Source of the DNA: Coniocarpon cinnabarinum
Lineage: Eukaryota
DNA: 50,574 bases
Reading direction: 5' to 3'
NCBI GenBank assembly: GCA_051942205.1
Contig: JAVECO010000009.1
Span: 186,001 to 236,574 of the forward strand
Shown: positions 45,901 through 50,574 of the stretch, one piece after another
Numbering within the stretch: position 1 is the stretch's first letter
Layout: each line of letters opens with the position of its first letter
Made by a program: the position numbers and the translations under genes
The notes under the pieces: generated by a model
Databases searched by the model: none
Seen by the model: the letters and a program-made list of their open reading frames with translations, nothing else
Told to the model about the DNA's origin: nothing

Positions 45901-46030
45901 GAAAGGCACTGCAGGAGGTGAAACGGCTGCCGAAGAACTTGACTCTCAAGATCCAGTAAAACCACGCAAGAAGAAGAAGAAGAAGAAGAGACGCGAGATG
46001 AGTCTCGAGGAGAGCAGTGCGGTGCAGTAG
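42908..46030 (+). CDS. APL5: AP-3 adaptor complex delta subunit
   Basis: MFEKSLFDLIRGLRNHKG, DMSWASFNVLEVMSS, NNWMAIKIIKLF and DPNLRYVAL, plus a Lys-rich C-terminus. Confidence 0.96.
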   Translation: MFEKSLFDLIRGLRNHKGNERAYIQDNIRECRREIKGQDMDLKATALLKLTYLEMFGHDMSWASFNVLEVMSSQKYPQKRVAYLAAVQSFRPDTEVLVLVENQLKKDLASPMAPTISLPLVAIPHVLNMSMANSLLADLLPRLSHSNPIIRKKTIVTLYRLALVYPETLRPTWPKIKERLQDESEEPTVTAAVVNVVCELGWRRPQDFLPLAPRLFDLLVEGNNNWMAIKIIKLFAILTPLELRLVKKLVSPLTTIIKTTPAMSLLYEAINGIINGGILTGAGESTESDELARLCISKLRGMLAVQGDPNLRYVALLALERIVEAQPYLVSLHEDAIMECIDDRDISIRLRALDLAAGVVNAQNLDLIVDRLMKQLDSSPVMNQGEDIQNIRGLSNGIEPYADSDDESTTRPAKRQPKAQDDPHMPEEYRVNVIQKILSMCSRNNYENIADFAWYITTLLTLCRHVPISSTSSSAQIPSESASVAIAVGNELQNVAIRVKSSRREAVQAAESFILGVEQFASAGQPNRANGILGPMSWIVGEFAEDLFNPTACLDALVRSENAKLPAATMNAAIQALVKIFAFLAGNESQAWDAERKTMMTLLMSKIIDFLNNIVAHPHLEIQEAGVQYLELFRLASEAVSSHVSKDDIYQPDQAPLLLCQAIPSLFKGAELNPVAPDAQRKVPMPEELHLDDRINPHLDSLLQAPSIETLLDDDNDFDDYYSRKPQASLDSVVPAANSLLYADEAPSYQQPDKRDDALRAIGKKKAGRQDYVRDDPFYLSGRSSSGSATPVHDILRSNNGEELDVDSIPIMELNLEDTGDPSQPSRSEGLTRSRPHSSLGRKVEILSDESIDQSSGDARPPTTSRPFAQNRSVDRGFLQVDSSQIGSLSLSDTSSNTKGKRSPLDVERQEAEEAEMAQAMKEVERLRLEMQRAQERIEAKTETTVIKKKKKKVASREDGGAPEPEAPKGVSTLGSTADHSGETELARPDEKKKKKKKKGTAGGETAAEELDSQDPVKPRKKKKKKKRREMSLEESSAVQ

Positions 46031-47425
46031 ATAATGACCCAGAATCTCAGAATGCATTAAGCTGGACTTCAAGATGGAGTCTCGTCCGAATGGTTCCCTT
46101 CCATGCCGTCGATGGAGAACGCAGCCTATCTCATACCTCATTTGCTTTTACGACGAGCCGTTCGAGTGGTGTGGATATGTCAACAGATTACGCAGATGCA
46201 TACCACCGACGTCTCGACGCGGGAGACTGCCAAGCGGTGCGGGGAGTTGCCCCATGTTTGCAGCTTGCAGCAGTGTCGTACCTTTGGCTGATACGGAGCC
46301 CAGTGACCTGCTTCCTCCGGCCCATGGCGCTGTTTCTTAACCAGCGGACGCCTGCAACACCCTTGCAAGACCGGAGGCAGACTCATGCACGTTGTGACTC
46401 AAGTCAGCAGTCGTGTCAAGCCAATGGGTCTGGCGAGGGGACCGGTAGTACGTCTATCGCGATAAAGGGTGGAGCTTTGGAGCATTCTCGGCACGGAGCG
46501 AGTCGCCTGAAGGACGTGAACCTGCGCCATGCCAAACTACTAGCGTCTGTCAAGACAGCATGATCGCCAGAGCGGTGACTGAACGACGACGCTGAATGGG
46601 CTCGGCTCCTGGACGTCGAACTCGGCTCCTGGAGACAGGCTCAAGCGTGTCCAGAGCCCCGCGCGTGGGTACGCAAGCGGCGTCACTGCCCATGCACCAT
46701 GCGTGCCATGCTCCCTTTCGGCCTCTCCTATACTCGCCTGCCTCTTCAGTCCACGACGATCTGTTCCGCAAATTGAACTCTCATCTCCGCGCTCACACGG
46801 CTCGCTGTCTCAGGCTCTGTGTCAAGCACGTTGGCACGGCGCGCAGCATGCTTTCACCAGTGTCTCTTACGCGTCCGAGACGCACGGCAACGGCGCAGTG
46901 TTGGAGCTGTCTGTTGAAGCGCACCAGGGTGGATGCCCAAAGTATCTTTGCTGCGAGCAACCCCGCGAGCTTAAGGTTGCCGTCTGTACCTTGGCCCCTG
47001 GATTCAATAACTTAGGCGGACACAGACGCGTCTGATAGGCACTACAGAGGCCCACCGGCCGGACAGCCCGCTGTGAGTGGTCAGCTCTCGACGGTGATCG
47101 TTGGCAACTGGTGTCGCCTCCGGAAGTCAACCTGGGTGCAACCGTGTTAGCCGGAGACTTAGCGCGACCTTCCCTGGTGGCCTTTGCTCATGCAGTTTGA
47201 CACAAGAGACGTGCGCGCCGACACGCCTGCCATTGAATTGCCGTCCGAAACCCGGTTCCCTGCCCTCCTCCCTCATTTCCTCCGATCCTGCACTATCAAT
47301 TCCCAAGCCAACCTCTACCTCACTCAGCTTTTGGTTGACTGACTTCTGAACCATAGCTTTGCACGGATTTCGTTTCTATTCTGTGGGACGGCAGTCTTTG
47401 GCCTTGAGCGGATACCGCGCCGACC

Positions 47426-49229
47426 ATGTTCGGTCGAGGGAGCAGACCGACCGAGGACCAGGCCAAACAACCTGAGATTTTCTCGCGAGATCACGGCGTC
47501 TCCCCGCCGGCCAGTTCGAATTCAAGCTTGGGTCACCACTACAATCATGAGAAGGGGGCTGACGGAGAGCTCTTCTACGACGATGACATCCGAGTACCTG
47601 CGCTGGATAAAAAGGATGAAATCAAGCTGATAGCTCAAATTGACTGGCGGGTACTACCTGTTCTTTGCGCTATGTTCACTTTGGCCTTTTTGGACAAGGT
47701 CAACATTGCCAATGCAGAGACATTTGGGCTTTCCGAGGAATTGGAGTTGAAGGGCACGGAGTACAACAATTGTGTAAGTAGGAGAATGACTTTTTCAGCG
47801 AAGTGCTTTGGAAATGTGCTGTGCTGATCCGCATCCATGTAGCTTGTTGTTCAGTATATTCCGTATCTAGTGTTTGAAATTCCATCAAACATCATGGTCA
47901 AAAAGTTGACGCCTCACGTCTGGTGTAAGCTTTGGCTAGTTGAATCTGATTTACCGGTCTTGGGCACTAACATTTTAATAGTGTCGATGTTTATGGTTCT
48001 CTTCGGAATTGTATGCATGTGTCAAGGCTTCGTTCACAACTATGGAAGTCTCGTCGCCGTTCGTTTCATTTTGGGTTGCTGTGAAGTTCCCATGTTCCCT
48101 GGAGGTGAGGTTTTTCCCCTAGTGGCACTCAAGCATCCCTCGAAACGTAATGTATCGTTTGAGCAGAGCAATACTGACGGGCTGCTCAGCTTTCTATGTC
48201 ATCTCGATGTGGTATCGACGACAAGAAGCTCTCAAGCGCTTTACGTTCTTCTACAACTCCATCTCGCTAGCAGGCGCCTTTGGCGGTCTGGCTGCTTATG
48301 GCATCGGACACATGGCCGGTGACTCTGGCTACGCCGGTTGGCGCTGGATCTTCATTGTCGAGGGCTCCGTCACGGCTGTCCTCGGCTTCATCTTTTTCTT
48401 CCTGATTCCCGATTTTCCTGAGGACTCGAAGTGGACAACACCTGAGCAGAGGGCGTGGATCAAGGCTCGACTCGCTGCCGACGAAGGGCCCAGCGCCCGC
48501 GACCGGCCCATGCAACTCAAAGATGTGACCGAAATGTTCTCGGACTGGAAAGTGTGGATTGCAGGTCTCCTTTATCTGGGGTGCGCGACTCCTGGATACG
48601 CGTACGCTTTCTTCTCCCCGACGATCATCAAACACTTTGGCTACTCGGCACTGAAAACCCAGCTCTATGGTGTGGCGCCGTGGGCTGGGGCGTGGGTCGC
48701 GGGCATGACGACGGCGTTCATCTCAGACTGGGTCCAGCATCGCTTCCTCTTTGTCGTCGTTGGCATGCTCGTGTCCATTGCTGGCTGCGCAACACTCCTG
48801 GGTACCACATATCACGATGTTCACACCCAGTACGGAATGCTCTTCCTGTTCATTGGAGGCATCTACATTTCATTGCCAATTGTAGTCTGCTGGTTCAACA
48901 TGAATCTGGCTGGGCATCATCGTCGGGCTATTGGCGGTGCGTGGCAGATTGGTATTGGACAAGCGGGTGGCATCATTGCGGTCTACACATTCCTCAAGAA
49001 AGACGCCCCAGAATACGTTCCCGGCTACAGCGCTGCCCTCGCTTTTGACGCGTTCACGATCGTTATGGGGGCCATCTACTTCTATGGACTGTGGGCAGAG
49101 AACAAAAGACGGGATAGAATCATGCGCAGCCAACACGGCGAGGGCGTGGTTGGCATTGCCGATGGGTCTAATGAGGTCGAGAAGGCTGGACTGGGCGATC
49201 GAGCTCTGACGTATCGGTACATGCTGTGA
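47426..49229 (+). CDS. MFS transporter, anion:cation symporter (Dal5/Tna1 allantoate-nicotinate permease) family (530 aa, 3 introns)
   Basis: IDWRVLP, FLDKVNIANA, FEIPSN, WYRRQE..R, GWRWIFIVEG and LPD-like IPDFP. Introns 47774-47842, 47925-47981 and 48105-48189. Confidence 0.95.
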
Positions 49230-49990
49230 GGATTGCACACATCAACTTCATGGGCATTTACACGGCGCTGGTGGCTCTTTCACGATTTTTACGACAAATG
49301 TTGCATTCATGAGTGGCAAAAAGAGGCCGGATTATGGACCTCAGTGGGATTGGATGAGATACCTTGTTGGGCTCTTTGGCCCTTTGACGACTTCACACGT
49401 CTTCAGAATTCTTATAATGAAAAGCTCGAGTCTACTATTTCGCGACACTAATTTTCCATCAAGATTCAATCTTTTTTTTAGTGCCTATTCATCATTTAGA
49501 TACCAGTGGCAATTTTTCGCGCCACCACCGTTGCCACGCATTCATCCGATTGCGAGACAAGTTGTACCCTGCCCAAGAAAGCTTAGCTCGAGCTCTGAAT
49601 TTCTGTCGGCGGGTTTCTCCAAATGTTGTCTATCAGCCAATCAAAGCTCAGCATCTTCTTATCTCTGCTATCTTCACAACCCGCCCACGCACCCAAGCCC
49701 TCAAGCTCTAGGATCCCTCCTACGCGTCTGACAGCTCCGACGCGTTCTTCTTTGCTAGTAAACATCTCTCCATCCCATCTACTCTCTGCCTGCCTTGCAA
49801 CGACTTCAATAAATTGTCCTGAACGTCGTAAAACCGTCGCACGCCAATGACGAGACGGCCTTCTCCATTCGGCAAGGCCCCTTGGCATCGCGATCGGACG
49901 TTGGAAGATGGGGTCAGGTGGTCGCCTCCGCACGATGGCAACTCGTCGACGCCTCCCTTCCCGGGGTGAAAATTTCAATACCGCGCGCAC

Positions 49991-49997
49991 TATAAAA
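49991..49997 (+). promoter_or_regulatory. TATA box upstream of DUF3602 gene
   Basis: TATAAAA 220 nt before the ATG at 50211. Confidence 0.5.
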
Positions 49998-50210
49998 CCT
50001 CCTTGAGCTCTTGCGACAGCACCTGGTGTCATTGCGCCTCATTCTGGATATCTTTGCGATCGCACGTCATTTCTTGTGACTGTGGCGCTATTCATCGGAG
50101 GAACACCGAAGTCTCTCGAGGGCTTCTATAACGACATCTCCTGCAGCGATTGCCACAGCAACGAGCTCGATATTTGAAGCGATACTAGCGGACGAACAAA
50201 GGTCTCTGCC

Positions 50211-50574
50211 ATGTCCATCGGCGTCAAAAGCAACATCTCCACCGGCCGCGGCGGCGCCGGTAAGTCCCTCCCCCTTCCCCCTAATTACTCCCACAACCAT
50301 CCATCCACTAACAAACCAGGCAACATCGGCTCCTCGAAGCTCAACAAACAAGCAGCCCCCCGCGACCTGCAAACACCAACGATCAAACGCCCGACATTCT
50401 CCACGGGCCGCGGCGGCTCCGCCAACATCATCAAAGGGGACGCGGAGCGCTCGCGACACGCGCAGGATCTGGGAGGGACGCTGCGGCGGAACCCGAAGTC
50501 CGGGACGAAGATCCTAACGGGGCGAGGCGGGGGTGGGAATACTGTCGTTATTCAGGAGGAGGAGGAGGAGGAGG
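50211..50574 (+). CDS. DUF3602 (GRGGAGN-repeat, Par32-like) protein, truncated by window end; absent from ORF track
   Basis: MSIGVKSNISTGRGGA, intron 50260-50319 (GTAAGT..ACTAAC..CAG), then GNI..STGRGGSANI..TGRGGGGNT. Confidence 0.88.
   Translation, partial: MSIGVKSNISTGRGGAGKSLPLPPNYSHNHPSTNKPGNIGSSKLNKQAAPRDLQTPTIKRPTFSTGRGGSANIIKGDAERSRHAQDLGGTLRRNPKSGTKILTGRGGGGNTVVIQEEEEEE

Noticed and set aside
46074..47354. ORFs upstream of the MFS gene
   Set aside because: They are GC-rich chance ORFs; the region is most simply promoter DNA.
1..50574. tRNA, rRNA, TPP riboswitch, telomerase template, CRISPR array, transposase or LTR
   Set aside because: No diagnostic motif was seen by eye. An Infernal/Rfam, tRNAscan-SE and repeat search would be needed to exclude them formally.

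Overview
This is gene-dense eukaryotic DNA from a filamentous ascomycete (Pezizomycotina), judged from short (~50-125 nt) GT-AG introns with CTRAC-type branch points and fungal-type proteins. About 23 protein-coding genes can be supported. Recognisable genes: class I RNA 3'-phosphate cyclase, ADE8, mitochondrial uS13 (SWS2), Zn-alcohol dehydrogenase, KIN28/CDK7, FYV4, kinesin-7 KipA, an FAH-family hydrolase, a J-protein, EMC2, AP-3 delta, an ACS/Dal5-family MFS transporter and a DUF3602 protein. Between these lie poorly characterised genes: a GPI cell-wall protein, disordered orphans, an SRR1-domain protein, a spliced single-pass receptor-like protein and a HeLo-like N-terminal domain protein. 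SWS2 and DUF3602 are missing from the ORF track and the receptor-like gene appears there only as fragments; I rebuilt these by hand-splicing. I found no tRNA, rRNA, CRISPR array or intact transposon. I cannot claim a new biological system with confidence. The strongest leads are a ~58-aa insertion in uS13m, an FAH enzyme with both a mitochondrial-type presequence and a PTS1, triple R-x3-G-x-F motifs in a 1054-aa orphan, a HeLo-like gene plus a surface-sensor-like gene in an accessory interval, and a ~745-nt AUG-free leader. All family calls come from motif recognition, not from database searches.
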